A DNA stretch of 63,998 nucleotides, filler included, from Collodictyon triciliatum (GCA_043381765.1; 22 parts of 22 records of this genome joined end to end with filler, not necessarily neighbours in it), one strand, 5' to 3'. Shown: positions 1-13,637, counted from the whole stretch's first letter. The notes: generated by a model from the letters alone, not told the origin. A program made the numbers and translations.

Positions 1-338
1 CAAAAAACCAAAAAACCAAAAAAACCAAAAAACAAAAACAAAAACCNNNNNNNNNNNNNNNNNNNNNNNNNNNNNNNNNNNNNNNNNNNNNNNNNNNNNN
101 NNNNNNNNNAACCAAAAACCAAAAACCAAAAACCAAAAAACAAAAAACAAAAACAAAAACAAAAACAAAATCAAAAGAGTGTCCCTCGACAGGCATGAGA
201 AAAGTTTGTTTGCTTTGCAGCGCGAGGTGTGATATTTGTAAAGCCAAGTAGCCAACCACAGGTCACTTCCTCACAACTCCGATCAAACCCCCGACTAGAA
301 ATAGATGACGTGCCCCTGGTCGATTCTTGTGCGCACAG

Positions 339-705
339 CACCCTTTCTTGTGGGTCTACTCCCTGTTGGTTTGTTACACAACCCATTTATTACCCTTGTT
401 TTCTTTCCTTTGTTGCTTTTTGCATAATCTGGAGCACAGATATCCTTTTCCCGAAGACTAGAGTTGATACTCAGACGCCTGTTTCCTCTTCCTCTTTATC
501 TATTTCCAGTAGAGAAATAGTCTCTTAAAGAAAAAAAAAGAATTTGTAACCCTTTTTTTTTTATTTTATTTTTATTCATATGGAAATAATCAGCCACCGC
601 ATTCCGCCAGCGCTCACCCCTCGCTGCGAAGACCTTGGGGTTGGTTGCCACCGGCGGGATGGGCATCGCTACATACTACCAATTGTACGAGCTCACTAAG
701 ATTTA
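339..705 (+). CDS. Possible last exons of a small membrane protein (...PFLVGLLPVATAFRQRSPLAAKTLGLVATGGMGIATYYQLYELTKI*)
   Basis: Two GT-AG-bounded segments join in frame into a hydrophobic C-terminus; family not identified. Confidence 0.3.
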
Positions 706-1829
706 ACTACATGCACACATTAAATTATTTCATAGTGTAGATATGTTTCTTCCGTTTATTTAAATATTGACTCATAGAAAATAATCTCATTCATTCATAA
801 TTTCGGCTCAAGGAAGCTGTGTGTTAAATACAAAGAAGGAAAAGAAAAAGAAAAGAAGAAAGGAAGTTCATTATCCTGAACATCACTAGAAAAACGTTCT
901 TTGGATCGCCCGAGCCTGCAAAGAAAATCCTTCCCAGCGCAGATGCAGCAGGTTCTGTCCCTGTAGTGAATGGTGAGAGCACACAAGTTGAACAGCCAGA
1001 ACAGCAGCTTTATTCGCCCACTGCACAAGGCAGAGACGTTGCACAAGCCCACGCTGACAGCCAACTTCGCGCCCAACAGAGCTAATCCAAGCTCGGTGCT
1101 CCGCATCTTCATCTCCCGCACACAAAGCATGGCCTCAACACACATCTCTTCCAATCCTCATCTCCCTCTTCAGAACGCTCCCGTCAAGGATGCTGGATTC
1201 TCTTCAACGCCTGACTGTGCTTTGTGTTTGGCTATCTCGCCTGCTTTTCATTCACCGCCATACACATAAAACTCCATCACTCCATCACACAAGGGCTCTT
1301 TGCTCCCTCGCCAGCGGCTGTTCCCAATGTCACCACAATCCATCCGCATTTGGAAAAACAAATCTGGATTTCCTCCGTGACTCATGCGCACTTTTCTGTC
1401 CCCATCAATTGAAAAGGACAGTTGTATTCTAAATGAACAAGGAAGATAATTCGACTGCACTCTTTACAACATAAAATCTGCAGCCTTTCCAGTGTGCGAT
1501 ATCTACACCGCAAAACGCTTTAGCACGAGAAACTGAATGGTCTTGTAGAACGCGATTCTACCGAGGCGAAAGAGACACATTGCGCTCCAAGCGGCCAACG
1601 CACAAACTTCTCTGATCATTTTGGCGAGAGAACAGCCACTTCTTAAAGACTACTGCTAGAAAAATCCACCAACCCCAAAACAAACCCCAAAACCAAACCA
1701 AACAAAGCCACTCTAACTGAACTCGCCCTAACCCCAATCCAAGTCGCAGGAGAAAGGCGATTCCGCGAGGAGAAAAAACAGCAAAAGAGTAGACACACTC
1801 GCACACAAAAGCGCAGCAGCCAAGACAAA

Positions 1830-2567
1830 ATGGGTTCGTCGCACAGAATACACACAAACTAAAACAAACAAAAACTAAAACTAAAACTAAAACTAAAACT
1901 AAAACTAAAACAAAACACAGGTGGCCAAGATCAACCTACCCAAGACCCCGCCCACTACGGCCAACCGTACGGGGCTCCTCCACCGCAGCCTTATGCGCAA
2001 CCTTACCCTGCCCAGCCATACCCTGCCCAGCCATACCCTCCACAACCATATGCGCAACCTTACCCAGGCCAACCTTACCCTGCCCAGCCATACCCCCCGC
2101 AGCCCTACGGACAGGTACCGTACCAGACGGACGCCCAGCAATACCCGCCGCCCTACGCCCAAGGCCAGCCAGCCCCTGCCGCAACGACAACGACCACATA
2201 CGTCATCCAGGTAAGCCCCAATCACATCACATCACATCCGATATTTGTTTATTCAAACTATATATAATAAATAAATATCAACGGCACCTCCCATCACATC
2301 GCATCACCATCCCACGCATCCAAGCGGACATCATTCGCTGTTTTTCTTTGCCGCCCACTTCGGAGAATACACCAACCCACCCCATAACCCCCGCAGACTC
2401 CGGCAGTCCACGCACCGAACGGACTGTGCTCGCGCTGCAACGTGCCGAAGGCGCCGGCCGTGACTCCGTGCTGGGCCATCTGCTGCTGCATCTTCCTCTT
2501 CCCACTGGGCCTGCTCTGCCTGCTTGTCGAGGACCCGCCCCGCTGCCCAAGCTGCGGCTCCACCTAG
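1830..2567 (+). CDS. BRI3/LITAF-like membrane protein, 3 exons (1830-1833, 1921-2210, 2397-2567)
   Basis: Pro/Tyr/Gln-rich N-terminus (QPYPAQPYP repeats), then CSRC, a hydrophobic segment ICCCIFLFPLGLLC, and RCPSCG*. GT-AG introns give one open frame. Confidence 0.85.
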
Positions 2568-2820
2568 TGCGGCGCTGCAATCTCGCCCCTTTTCGGCCCC
2601 GGGCCGCCTCCCCCCTCTTGAAGCACCCCCGCCCGTCCATCCCATATATATCACGCCACACACAAAGCGCCGTGACACATCAAGAGACCAGCCGGAGCAA
2701 TAAAGCAAAGACCCAGGCACGAAGCGAACAGCGCACGGGCGCCTCACATGGCTTGTTTGTGCGGCAGGAAAGGCACTGGCGCCCTGTCTTGCGCGGCTGC
2801 TGCGGGCGTGTGCGCGTCTG

Positions 2821-2920
2821 NNNNNNNNNNNNNNNNNNNNNNNNNNNNNNNNNNNNNNNNNNNNTTAATTAATTAANNNNNNNNNNNNNNNNNNNNNNNN
2901 NNNNNNNNNNNNNNNNNNNN
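2821..2920. other. Artificial contig linker (44 N + TTAATTAATTAA + 44 N); first of 21, recurring every ~2.9 kb up to 61112-61211
   Basis: An identical 100-bp spacer carrying stops in all six frames recurs throughout; the contigs between spacers are ~2800-2822 bp and mostly shrink along the window. Confidence 0.97.
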
Positions 2921-3204
2921 GAAAGGAAAGGAAAGGAAAGGAAAGGAAAGGAAAGGAAAGGAAAGGAAAGGAAAGAAAAGGAAAGAAAAGGAAAGAAAAG
3001 GAAAGAAAAGGAAAGAAAAGGAAAGAAAAGGAAAGGAAAGGAAAGAAAAGGAAAGGAAAGAAAAGGAAAGGAAAGGAAAGAAAAGAAAAGAAAAGAAAAG
3101 AAAAGAAAAGGAAAGGAAAGGAAAGGAAAGGAAAGGAAAGGAAAGGAAAGGAAAGGAAAGGAAAGGAAAGGAAAGGAAAGGAAAGGAAAGGAAAGGAAAG
3201 GAAA
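2921..3204 (+). repeat. (GAAAG/GAAAA)n microsatellite at a contig end; most contig ends are simple repeats
   Basis: Direct reading. Confidence 0.95.
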
Positions 3205-3253
3205 CCTAAGATAAAAAGAAAGGAGTAAATAAAACGAGATAGAAAGGACTTAC

Positions 3254-4132
3254 GGCTGCCTTAATCGGGCCTTTTCCCTGCTTTCTACATTCCAACTTTC
3301 AGGAGGATATGTCTTTACTCGGGTTGGTACCTCTTCTGGTCCACGTCTGGAATCGTCTCTGCGAGCAGAAGGGTGATAAGGGTCGTGAGAACTTTTGAGG
3401 CGACTGCGTTCCCAATCTCTTCCTCTTTTCGCCTCTCTATACCGCTCACCAGCAAAGCTTCCAGCAGGTGATGAAGACCGAGACCGAGATAAGGAGCGAG
3501 ACCGAGAGATTGACCGAGACTTAGCCCTTGCCCTTGTAGATGGCTTTATTCCAGCCTTTCTGAGCGACTTTGCTTTTGGATGCGCTCTCAAGGAGGATGG
3601 GGAGCAAGAGCGAGACTTGGATCCGGACTGACTATGTGACGAGGAGCGGGAGCGAGACTTGGACCCAGATGCTGACCTTGCAGCGACAGGAGAGTGTGTA
3701 TCCGACCGTAAATCGAGTACTGTTGATGTTGGTGCGGGAGATTGTGACGGTGAGTGCGGTGATGATGGCGATTGTGATCGCGACTGAGACCTTGAAGAAT
3801 CCTGGGAGTTCAATGGGAGACGGGACTGTGTCTGTGGCGTCGAGCGAGACTCAGATGAGGTTCGAGTTCGTGAGGCCGAGCGCGACCGAGAGAGAGAACG
3901 AGATAGTGACTGATTGGTTACGGGAGAGCGGGATGCAGACTTTGAGGAGCTGTTTGGTGAGTATGGCGGTGATCTGCCTCTGGATCTCTTTCGAGATCGC
4001 AATGAGGAATCAGACCATGAACGAGACCGAGTCTGAGGTCGAGTTCGAGTTCGAGCTCGCGTTCGGTTCCAAGAACGAGACCGAGACCGAGACCGAGTGC
4101 AGGAGCGCGAATGGGACCGGGACCGGGACCGG

Positions 4133-4211
<79 letters not shown>

Positions 4212-5520
4212 TGCGAGTGCGAGTGCGGGAGTGTGAACGAGACCGAGATTCAGAACGTGATTGTGTTGGTGTGCGCGAGCGTGATGAAGAACTGGACCGT
4301 GACAAGGAGCAACCATTGGATCGAGAGCTGCCACAAGACTGTGATCGTGAGCGTGAGCGGGATGCAGAATGTGATGGAGAACGGGATCGGGAGTTCGAGC
4401 GAGAATGTGTGGGCGAAGGAGAGCGGGATTGCGAGTTGGACCGAGAACGGGAAGACGGGGATGAGTGTGCACGAAATGAGGATTTTTGATGCGATAGTTG
4501 TTTGGACGTGCGAGGATTCTGCCCTGTTTGTCGCTGAGAGTCTTGAGAGGACTGTGTTTTTAATGCGGCGGGAAGAAACAGAAGAAAAAAAAACGAGGCG
4601 CGAAGGTATTCCACATTCGTTAGCCGAAGCACATGCCCAAAAGGATGGATAAAGACTTGATGTGAATTATATTGCATAAGCGTATCATATAACTATTTTC
4701 TAAAGGCATACAAACATTATAGTGTCGCTGAGGTGGCTCATGGACTGTTGCCGGGCCGGAATTTCTTGAAGTCGGCGTGAAAGAGTGAGATTCAGGTGTG
4801 GGACCCTGCTCATGTCGATGTTCTTGAGAGAATGGTGGAGGGTGCCCTCGCGGGCTTGGAGCATAAGCCGGTTGATTTTGGCCACGATTATCATCAAACG
4901 GAGACGCAAATCGGCTCCGGTATCTGATGTGAGATTTCAAAGGCACTTACGCTCATAACAATTTCAATTATCGGCATATAAGGTTTTCATAGAGATATTC
5001 AAGCAATAAAAAAATTTTAGATAGGGATTTTAGATAAGGATACGAATTAAAATAGATTTTATAAGTGGAGAGTCTGTCATTATTAGAAGTGTACTGATTG
5101 GTTTTTGAAGAATATTATCAGTGAATAAGACTTCATCTATATCAACGTTAAGTTGCTGACAATTGCACTACCTGGGACTTGGATCATGTTGGTGATATGG
5201 CCGTGCCTCCTTCCTGTATCATAGTATGAAAGATTTTTTTTTTATTCTTCCTTTCGATTTTGTGCAGGATGGTGAAGATGTTGGCTTTGGTTCGCTAACC
5301 ATCGATCATAGTTTGAAAGATAATCAATTCCATCATGTATGTTTCAGAATGAAAAAGAAAATATATAACTGGGCGTTTGGAATTGTCATTCAGGTGACGG
5401 AAGAAAACGTGAACGCACGAACCTGGGATCCCAGAGTGAGGAGCGTCGATCGGGTGCGTCATGGTACGCGTGGAATGGTGGTGGGCGCCCTCTCATTGGT
5501 GGGCCCTATGGTTTAGAGCT
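3254..5520 (-). CDS. Partial Arg/Ser-rich (RS-domain) protein; exons approx. 5423-5520, 5172-5213, 4717-4923, 3254-4551
   Basis: A long SRSRSR tract, partly encoded by (CGGTCT)n; exon phases are compatible; a GTAAGT donor at 3253 suggests the gene continues. Confidence 0.7.
5234..5304 (-). mobile_element. 5'-truncated LINE subfamily A 3' end, inside an intron
   Basis: Matches the 3' UTR at ~63635-63702; poly(A) tail; 16-bp TSD ATCATAGT(A/T)TGAAAGA at 5218-5233 and 5305-5320. Confidence 0.88.
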
Positions 5521-5875
5521 CTGAAGGTTAACTGCATGTTCCATGCGGCGGTGTCAAGTCGTATTTAAATGAACTGGAGTGGATGGTAAGTAAAGGTGAT
5601 ATTGCTTTTCATCTAGGAATTTGTATCGACTAGTTTTTGTTTTTGTTTTGTTTTTGTTTTTGGTTTTTTTTGGTTTTGGTTTTTTTGGTTTTTTTTGTTT
5701 TTTTTTTTTTTTTTTTTGTTTTTTTTTTTTTTTTTTTTTTTTNNNNNNNNNNNNNNNNNNNNNNNNNNNNNNNNNNNNNNNNNNNNTTAATTAATTAANN
5801 NNNNNNNNNNNNNNNNNNNNNNNNNNNNNNNNNNNNNNNNNNAAAAAGAGCGAACACAGCTCGGGATATCAATAC

Positions 5876-8088
5876 CTTCGAATGGATTGCCTCCTAAAGA
5901 GAGGCTTTGAATTCTGGTCATACCAGTGAAGTTAGGGACAGTACCTTAGCGACATGTAAATAATGCTGTGAGTATCAGTCTTTTATCGATATCACTCAGA
6001 CTATATCCGATTTTTGCTCTTTTAATTTATCAAGCAAAAAAAAAATGTAGAGATGGGATGCAATCCACACATGAAAAACTATTTATGTCTTTAGCATCTT
6101 AATTGTTAAATTAAGATTTTGCTCCTTTATTCAATTCAAAGTTTTATACTGGGGTTAGAGCATACCATAGAGTGCGTTATTGCTTAACACGAGTTCTTTT
6201 AACATGGGAAAGGTGGAATTTTTTGCGATGGTACCTATATGAATCAAATATAGATAAAATGCTGATATAGTTTTTTTTGAAGAATAAAAACAGGAAAGTA
6301 CCCTCTTAATATGCCTTTGCTTGATGTTTGACATACCAGTGAGTTTGTTTCCTGAAGTTGACAATATTTCCAAGTTGCTTAAGTGTGTGAGTTCTGGGAT
6401 GGAGCCTGTTAGAAACGTCATTAGTAAGACTATGAGGCAACATTTTTATGAAAGGTGATATCACACGCATAAAATAACTCACCTTCTAACCGATTGTTAC
6501 CCAGAGAAAGAATTTTAAGCATAGGGGCGTGATTGAAATTTGGAATGGGTCCTATTTTTTTTTTATTTTTTAATGAAGGTAATATTCGTAATTGTATAAA
6601 TTCCTAACAAATGTCGCGTCGACTCTAGTACCATTGCAATCAATTAGGTTTATTATTTGTTTTGAAATAAATGTCTCATTGTATCGATATAATTGATTGC
6701 AAGAACAAACGGAGAAACGAATGGTAAATAAATTCACAAACACAATATTAATACATATGTTTGTAATGTTAAAGAAATATGAACCCGAATTTCAAGACTC
6801 TGATAGATAACATATACTCACCAAGGAGGCTGCAGAAATAGATAGCGATATAGTCAATGTAAGGGATGGATGAGAAGTTTGGTAATGTTCCTAGAAAATG
6901 AAAATAGAAAATAAGAATCGAAAACCGAATCGGACCGTATAAGAAAAAAACTTCACAGGCTGGGAAAATACCTGAAATTTGGATACTTGACCCGATGAAA
7001 ATCTTTCGAAGCAAAGGGGTCATGGAAAAGTCAGGAACTGTTCCACTTAGGATATTTCCATCTATTTCGATATGATTTATTGCTGGTATTTGTTGGAAAT
7101 TATGAATTGTCCCGCTAATTTGGTTCTCGTATATATTTATATATTCCAATAGGGGGAAGTTAAAGTCCGGTAAATCTCCAAAGACAGCGTTTGAGCTCAG
7201 GTCTAGATATATTATATTCGGAAGCTTTTGTAGTGCGGTTATCAGAAGACTGATATCTCCGAAGATGAAATTGAAGTCCAGTCGCACACTTATGACGGGG
7301 CATATATCGGCCTAGAGAAAATAAGTAGATGTTACTTATTTTACCATTCATTCGTTTCTTCATTTGAATTACTTATGTAATAAATCTCGTAAAGCGAATC
7401 AGTATGTGGATAGGTAACGAATGTCTAATGATTTAAACCTGAATATCTTCTTTAGAACAGCCACTACGGCAAAGGATTCCATACCATCGGCATATCGGTA
7501 TATCATCCATTTTCCATCCATAGTTGAAGAACCAATAATCTCCATCGGATGAGTCATAAAAATCGGTCAGTGCTTCTCGTTGGGCAGACAGGGAATTGTT
7601 CAGAAAAGGTAAATTGGCTTCATTTGAGCTCTTTTGTCCGCTAAGGTCATTCTTGTAATCAGATGAATTTCCCAGGATGTGATAATCTCTGAAGAAATGC
7701 ATGTTTTCGGGGCTTTGTTCCTTCTGTGAGATTGCTCTCGCTCCTGATTTGTAGGAAGTTTGGTGATGGTTCACGTGAAGGTCATCTGTGAGCACATAAA
7801 TAGTGTGATGCGCATCTCGTATTTCTATGGGGCATATCTCTGCGTGCTGGTCAAGGAGAATATGAAAGGCGTCCTCCATTCTCATGGCCAACAGCTCATC
7901 ACGAGAGTAGGAGCAGGCTCCTCCCCGAGCAAATCTTTGCAATGCGATACTAAATTAAATAATTGTTTACATCCTGTGTGTTCTGGTGACATGTCATAAA
8001 AACGGAAGGAAGTATAGTGATGGGTATACCTTTCGACAGATATTGACTTGTTAAAACAAATCAGCGCAAGTATGGTTGCAGTTACCAT
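5876..8088 (-). CDS. Partial secreted or receptor-like LRR protein (signal peptide, LRR N-cap, LRRs)
   Basis: N-terminus MVTATILALIC; cap QREALTDFYDSSDGDYW...W...ICRWYGILC; repeats LxxLxLxxNxLxGxIP; canonical introns. Confidence 0.85.
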
Positions 8089-9460
8089 CGCTCGGGCGAG
8101 GAAACTCTTTTTAGGGAGCGGAAACCTGGATGTGTGTGTGTTTTTTTTTTTTTTGTTTTTTTGTTTTTTTGTGCTTGAATATAACTGTTGAAAAGAAAAA
8201 GAGAAAGAATGGAGTAGAAAACATACATGCTTCCAACTCCTTTGTCTGAGCCCAAGAAAATGGCGGTGTTAGGTTTGGTAATCACAGTAATGATAACTTT
8301 TAAAACCCTAAACATTATGCGCAATCAGTATCTCAGTTTCTCAAAAGAATGTATTTTATGTTACTGCTGACTTGAAAAAAGCGAAGAGCATTGCGTAACG
8401 TGATTCAACATAGGATTAAGTGAAACAAAGTGCGTATTAGTATATTGATGATGGGAATTTTCTTTGGTAAATAGTAGGTTTGAGATTTATTTTAATTCGA
8501 TTAATTTGTTTTTTATTTTTTGTTCTGACTCCATGGTCAATAGGGGAGCATGAAAGAAAAGAAAAGAGAAGGAAAGGAAAGGAAAGGAAAGGAAAGGAAA
8601 GGAAAGGAAAGGAAAGGAAAGGAAAGGAAAGGAAAGGAAAGGAAAGGAAAGGAAAGGAAAGGNNNNNNNNNNNNNNNNNNNNNNNNNNNNNNNNNNNNNN
8701 NNNNNNTTAATTAATTAANNNNNNNNNNNNNNNNNNNNNNNNNNNNNNNNNNNNNNNNNNNNTTTTTGTGTTTTTTTTTTTTTTTTTGTGTTTTTTGTGT
8801 TTTTTGTGTTTTTTGTGTTTTTTGTGTTTTTTGTGTTTTTTGTGTTTTTTGTGTTTTTTTTGTGTTTCTTTGTGTTCTATTGTTGGAAAAAGCAGATCAC
8901 TGATCGCGCGAAGCGATCGGATGACCCTTCAATTGACCAAAATAGAAGCTGGATGGGAATTTCCGCATGCGCACGAGAAATGATGTATCCTTATTTGGAT
9001 ATTAGATTGTTTTCTTTTTGTGGATGTGCCCATAAGAAGAATATGTGCGAGAATTTTCGATGGCCTTGCGATTGCCGGAAATAACTCGGCTCCTTGCAGA
9101 GAGACAAAAGCAACAGCAGGAATCTGCTTCTGCGGCTGTTTGTTGTTTGCAGAGTACCGCCACAGAGAAGAGCTTGGAGGTGAGTATGTATTGGTGGGAA
9201 TAGGCACTTCTGACTGTTGGACATTCACTTGTGTGCGCGTATATCTCGAGGGGGATGAGACTGAATACTCTATTAACGATTCATTTATATGCTTATAAAG
9301 GATCTGCAGAGACCATTGCACGATCTTTCTTGGGTCTCTGCCTAAATACCCTCTCTTTTTTTTTCATTTATCTCTTCACCAGCGTATGAGCCTATCATTC
9401 GGCAATTAACTTGTTTTTCGTCTTGGGCACCCATAATTGCTTAAAGTATTGTAGGCGATC

Positions 9461-11341
9461 ATGGAGTGTGTCCCTGAAATCCCGCTCGAGGAGGTTTATA
9501 AGGACACGCCAGAGCTGCGCAATACGATCGCTTCTGTTCAATTGGTTTGTGAGAAAAAAATGAAACTTTAAGCCTTCGAATATGTCGCTCTTACCTTTGG
9601 GCTTCACGTGCGTTGTTTTTTGAGAAATATTTTTATAAGGCAAAAGAAGAGCTCAAGTCTGTTCAATATTTTCCAACCAAAAAAAAGAAAGAAAAAGCTA
9701 ATTCACAAGTCACAGGGAATACTAATGATACATAGCACATATTCAAATTCTAATTATTATTCATTTATTCATAAAAAAGGGCCATTTATAATAGATGATA
9801 AAAAAACTATTTTATATCTATTATATGAATATTCTTATCTGACATTACCCCAGGACGTAGAGTCATTTATAGACAAGCTACAAAAGATCAACCAGGCTGG
9901 AAAGGCATACATCCAAGCTGGCCAAGGTTAGGAAATTAAATATGAACAATTAAAAATTTTTTGTGCAAACCAAACCAAAGCAAACCATCATTTAGCTTTA
10001 CCTCTAAAAAGAAATAGCCTTCTTAGGATTCTTGTGATGTTATTATTATTAATCTGAAAAAAAAAGATGAACTAATTCGACTTCGATACCATCATTTCGT
10101 TAAACGATAGCTTTTGCTAAAGCCGGTGACGCATTGGCCATGGAGCTACTTTCGTTTCAGTTGCGTCGTCGTGAAGGAGAAGAAACACCCCGTTTTCGTG
10201 GGTTCCTAATTCTATAAAATTTCAATGATTATACTTTATTCGTATTTACACTCATATTTGATTTTTTTTTTGTGTAGTTGAGTAAGTATCCATATGAGCT
10301 TTTATTTAGATCCATTCAACACCTGTTGTATATTCGATTTTTATCAATTGGTTCGTTCACTTTCTCTAAATATTTACTTTAAGATGTATTTCGATTACAG
10401 AACACTTCTTGATGAAGCTTGGAGACACACTAAAACAAGTTGAATCGGATAGACAAAAACTGGTTTGAGTTCCTCAACATAGTGTTTTTAAACGATATCG
10501 CTTTATTTACTTAAATCCCATAAAACTCTATGCAGTTTTTAGATGTTGAGAAATTTGTCTTTAAGCCCATCGAGTTTTTTCTGGAGGATGATTGCAAGGA
10601 TTTCAGAGTAACTTAATCGTCTATTCATATATCACAAACCACAGAATAATTCATTTTTGCTTATGCATATACTTTTAAATACGAAAACATGATTTGCATA
10701 CAAAGTTATATATCATCTAATCATTTAATTATGAACGGACCAGTTATCAAAAAGGAATTATGAAAAAGCAAAAACTAGTTTCGACGCATTCCTAGAAAAA
10801 AACTTTTCGACTGCGACCAAGCGTGAAAGGGTAATTACATTATTTTTCTAATTAACTGAATGTTCTGAATCAACAGTTTGCATCCATTCCATTTCGAAAG
10901 AGACTATCATCAAGGAACAGAAGCTTACGATGTTTGCATGTTTATTTCCTATTCGTAGTTTCGTCAAGAGTTTGAAGATCATCGACTTCAACTCTCGGAC
11001 ATGACGTTTGAGTATGTTCGGGTTATGATGGATTTTGAAAGAAGGAAAGAATTTGAATTCGTTGATTATTTCTCCAAATTACCAACAAGAAACGAATCAT
11101 TTTATTTATCTGCGACGCAAAAGTTGAACGAATTTCAGATAGAAATCGAAAATATAAAGCCATTTTGTAGTTCTGTAAGTTTCAAACTTAGAAAAAAAAT
11201 CTCAAGTTTTATTCCATTTTTTCGCATAGAAACGCATTTACCCATCTATCAGTTAACACTCCAATATACTTCTACAAGGAAAAGGAAAAGATTGATGCAT
11301 TTCGCCAGGATGCATCACAGAAGCGACGCAAGAAAATCAAC
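9461..11341 (+). CDS. Partial BAR-domain protein (ACAP/ArfGAP or SIP3-type N-terminus)
   Basis: Spliced translation LEEVYKDTPELRNTIASVQL|DVESFIDKLQKI...KPIEFFLEDD...FEYVRVMMDFERRKEFEFVD resembles the ACAP BAR domain. Confidence 0.8.
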
Positions 11342-11461
11342 GTATGCTATATTTCATCATTATCTGTCCAGTATTGCATATTGCCACCTTTGCGTTATAT
11401 ATAAATATTAAATGGATTGTCTGTCTAAAAAAACATTGTTTTCTAATGGGAATATGGATGG

Positions 11462-11581
<120 letters not shown>

Positions 11582-11878
11582 NNNNNNNNNNNNNNNNNNN
11601 NNNNNNNNNNNNNNNNNNNNNNNNNTTAATTAATTAANNNNNNNNNNNNNNNNNNNNNNNNNNNNNNNNNNNNNNNNNNNNACAAAAAACAAAAAACAAA
11701 AAACAAAAAACAAAAAACAAAAAACAAAAAACAAAAAACAAAAAACAAAAAACAAAAAACAAAAAACAAAAAACAACCATCGAAGTTAATTATCACCGCT
11801 ATGTAATCAAATTTTATACAATATACCTTCGAATACTTTTTTTTAGTCATCTTTCTGATTAACTCTTATTATTTATAG

Positions 11879-13278
11879 AGAAAGCTAAGTGTCCAGAATG
11901 AACTCGACGCTCAAAACAGGCAAAAGAAGCACATGCAAGAATTCATCGACAAACAACGTGCCTCATCAAACCTCGCATCAGGAGACCCGAAGAAACAGGT
12001 TCCCATCCTTAATCTGATTCACCTGTTGAATTTTTTTTTAAACTAGAGAAAGAAAACTTGAATTGCCCTTTAGGATGGTTGTAGCGACACGCAACTATAA
12101 TCTCTTCTATGAAAAAAAAATATATGGATGACTTGCTGTTGTATTTATTATCCTTAAAGTAATTCAATCACACAGCAACTGGCGAAATCGAGGGCGTATC
12201 GAATATCTAGAATGGGAGCAAAGCGCGAGGATGGAAAGAAATGGCAACTCTCTTACACAGGATGGCGACCTCAAATCCATGTTGAAAAGGAGGAAAAAGT
12301 CTACAGTTTTGAATTTCTAGAGCCTCCATCATTCACAGGAACACCAGTATTGCAGGCTCGCAATATTAGTTTCGGATATAGTTCTCCGACTGCATTACTG
12401 CAAGACGTTACTTTAGATATTTCTCTGACCAGCCGCGTGGCGAGTGAGTATTTGTTAAAATTATAATAATAATCTCTTGAATGGTTTCGCTAAAGTGTTA
12501 TATGTTTCATCATAGTTGTTGGAAAGAACGGCTCTGGCAAAACAACGTTGCTTCGACTGTTAACGAAGGCCATCGATCCTAAGCAAGGTGAAGTGTACCA
12601 TCACCCAAGGCTAACAATCGGGCATTTCACCCAACACCATGTGGAGATGCTGAACCTCGAGATATCTGCATTTGACCATCTCCAAGCACTTTATCCCTCT
12701 GATGCCCCTCTCACACTTCGAAAGCATTTGGGTTCCTTTGGAATCCACGGCGACCTTGCCTTGCGGCCCATGGGAGTGTTGTCTGGGGGCCAAAAAAGCC
12801 GAGTAGTCTTTGCGGTCATTGCCTACCAACGCCCTCACATCCTTTTCTTGGTAGGTGCTATCAAATTGATGAATATGTGTTGGGGGTTTTTTTTTTTATT
12901 CTTCCTTTCAATTTTGTGCAGGATGGTGAAGATGTTGGCTTTGGTTCGCTAGCCATCATTTGCATGGACGCTACTTATGAATATGTGTTGGGTTGATATA
13001 CCATATATCTCGTTTGCATGCAGGCATGTTGCGGATTATTAATTTAGTTGATTTAGGACGAGCCGACAAACCACCTGGATTACGAAACAATGGGTGTCTT
13101 GAGCCAAAGCCTTGCGGATTTCAAGGGTGGCGTTGTTATCATCTCACACAACCAAGATTTTCTAGCTGGATGTTGCCAGCAGCTATGGCACGTGCACAAG
13201 AAGAAAGTAACTGATATGATGGCTGAGCATGAGGAATTCCTGGAAGCTTACATGACATTCTGCGAGCAGAACCAGTAG
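11879..13278 (+). CDS. ABCF-family ATPase (GCN20/ARB1-like), C-terminal half, 4 exons
   Basis: Walker A GKNGSGKTT, signature LSGGQKSRV, Walker B ILFL|DEPTNHLD, H-loop ISHNQDFL; no transmembrane segments in the visible part. Confidence 0.92.
12885..12976 (-). mobile_element. 5'-truncated LINE subfamily A 3' end in the last ABCF intron
   Basis: Matches ~63617-63702; poly(A) tail; perfect 16-bp TSD ATGAATATGTGTTGGG at 12869-12884 and 12977-12992. Confidence 0.92.
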
Positions 13279-13435
13279 TCTCTCTTTCACAATTCACTTA
13301 TAATTGGTCTATTCAAAGGCAAAATAAAACTTACATCAATAGCCAAAACGATTCATTTGATGTGCTGAAAAAGTGGCGAAATGTTTTGGATCATGTGTTC
13401 TTTGGTGCCCTCTCACCCAATATGATACACAAGAT

Positions 13436-13574
13436 TTTTTTCCTTTATTCGATTCAAAGTGCAGCAAGGTTATGCCATACAAAGGGGCGAGATAGGTGCG
13501 CATGGTAGAGAGCAAACGCGGGTAGGAGAAGACACTACTGTGGAGGGGGTAGCACTGGAAAGAAGTCAATATTG
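13436..13574 (-). mobile_element. 5'-truncated LINE subfamily B 3' end
   Basis: Similar to 62860-62990; encodes ...IDFFPVLPPPQ*; TSD-like TGATAC(A/G)CAAGAT at 13423-13435 and 13575-13587. Confidence 0.8.
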
Positions 13575-13637
13575 TGATACGCAAGATAATCCTTCAACTT
13601 CCCCGCCTTCATTACTGCCAGAGTCATCTGCGGGGAG

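Noticed and set aside
3570-4652. Plus-strand ETETET/RDRDRD ORFs
   Set aside because: Antisense shadows of the RS-rich exon; the splice signals support the minus strand.
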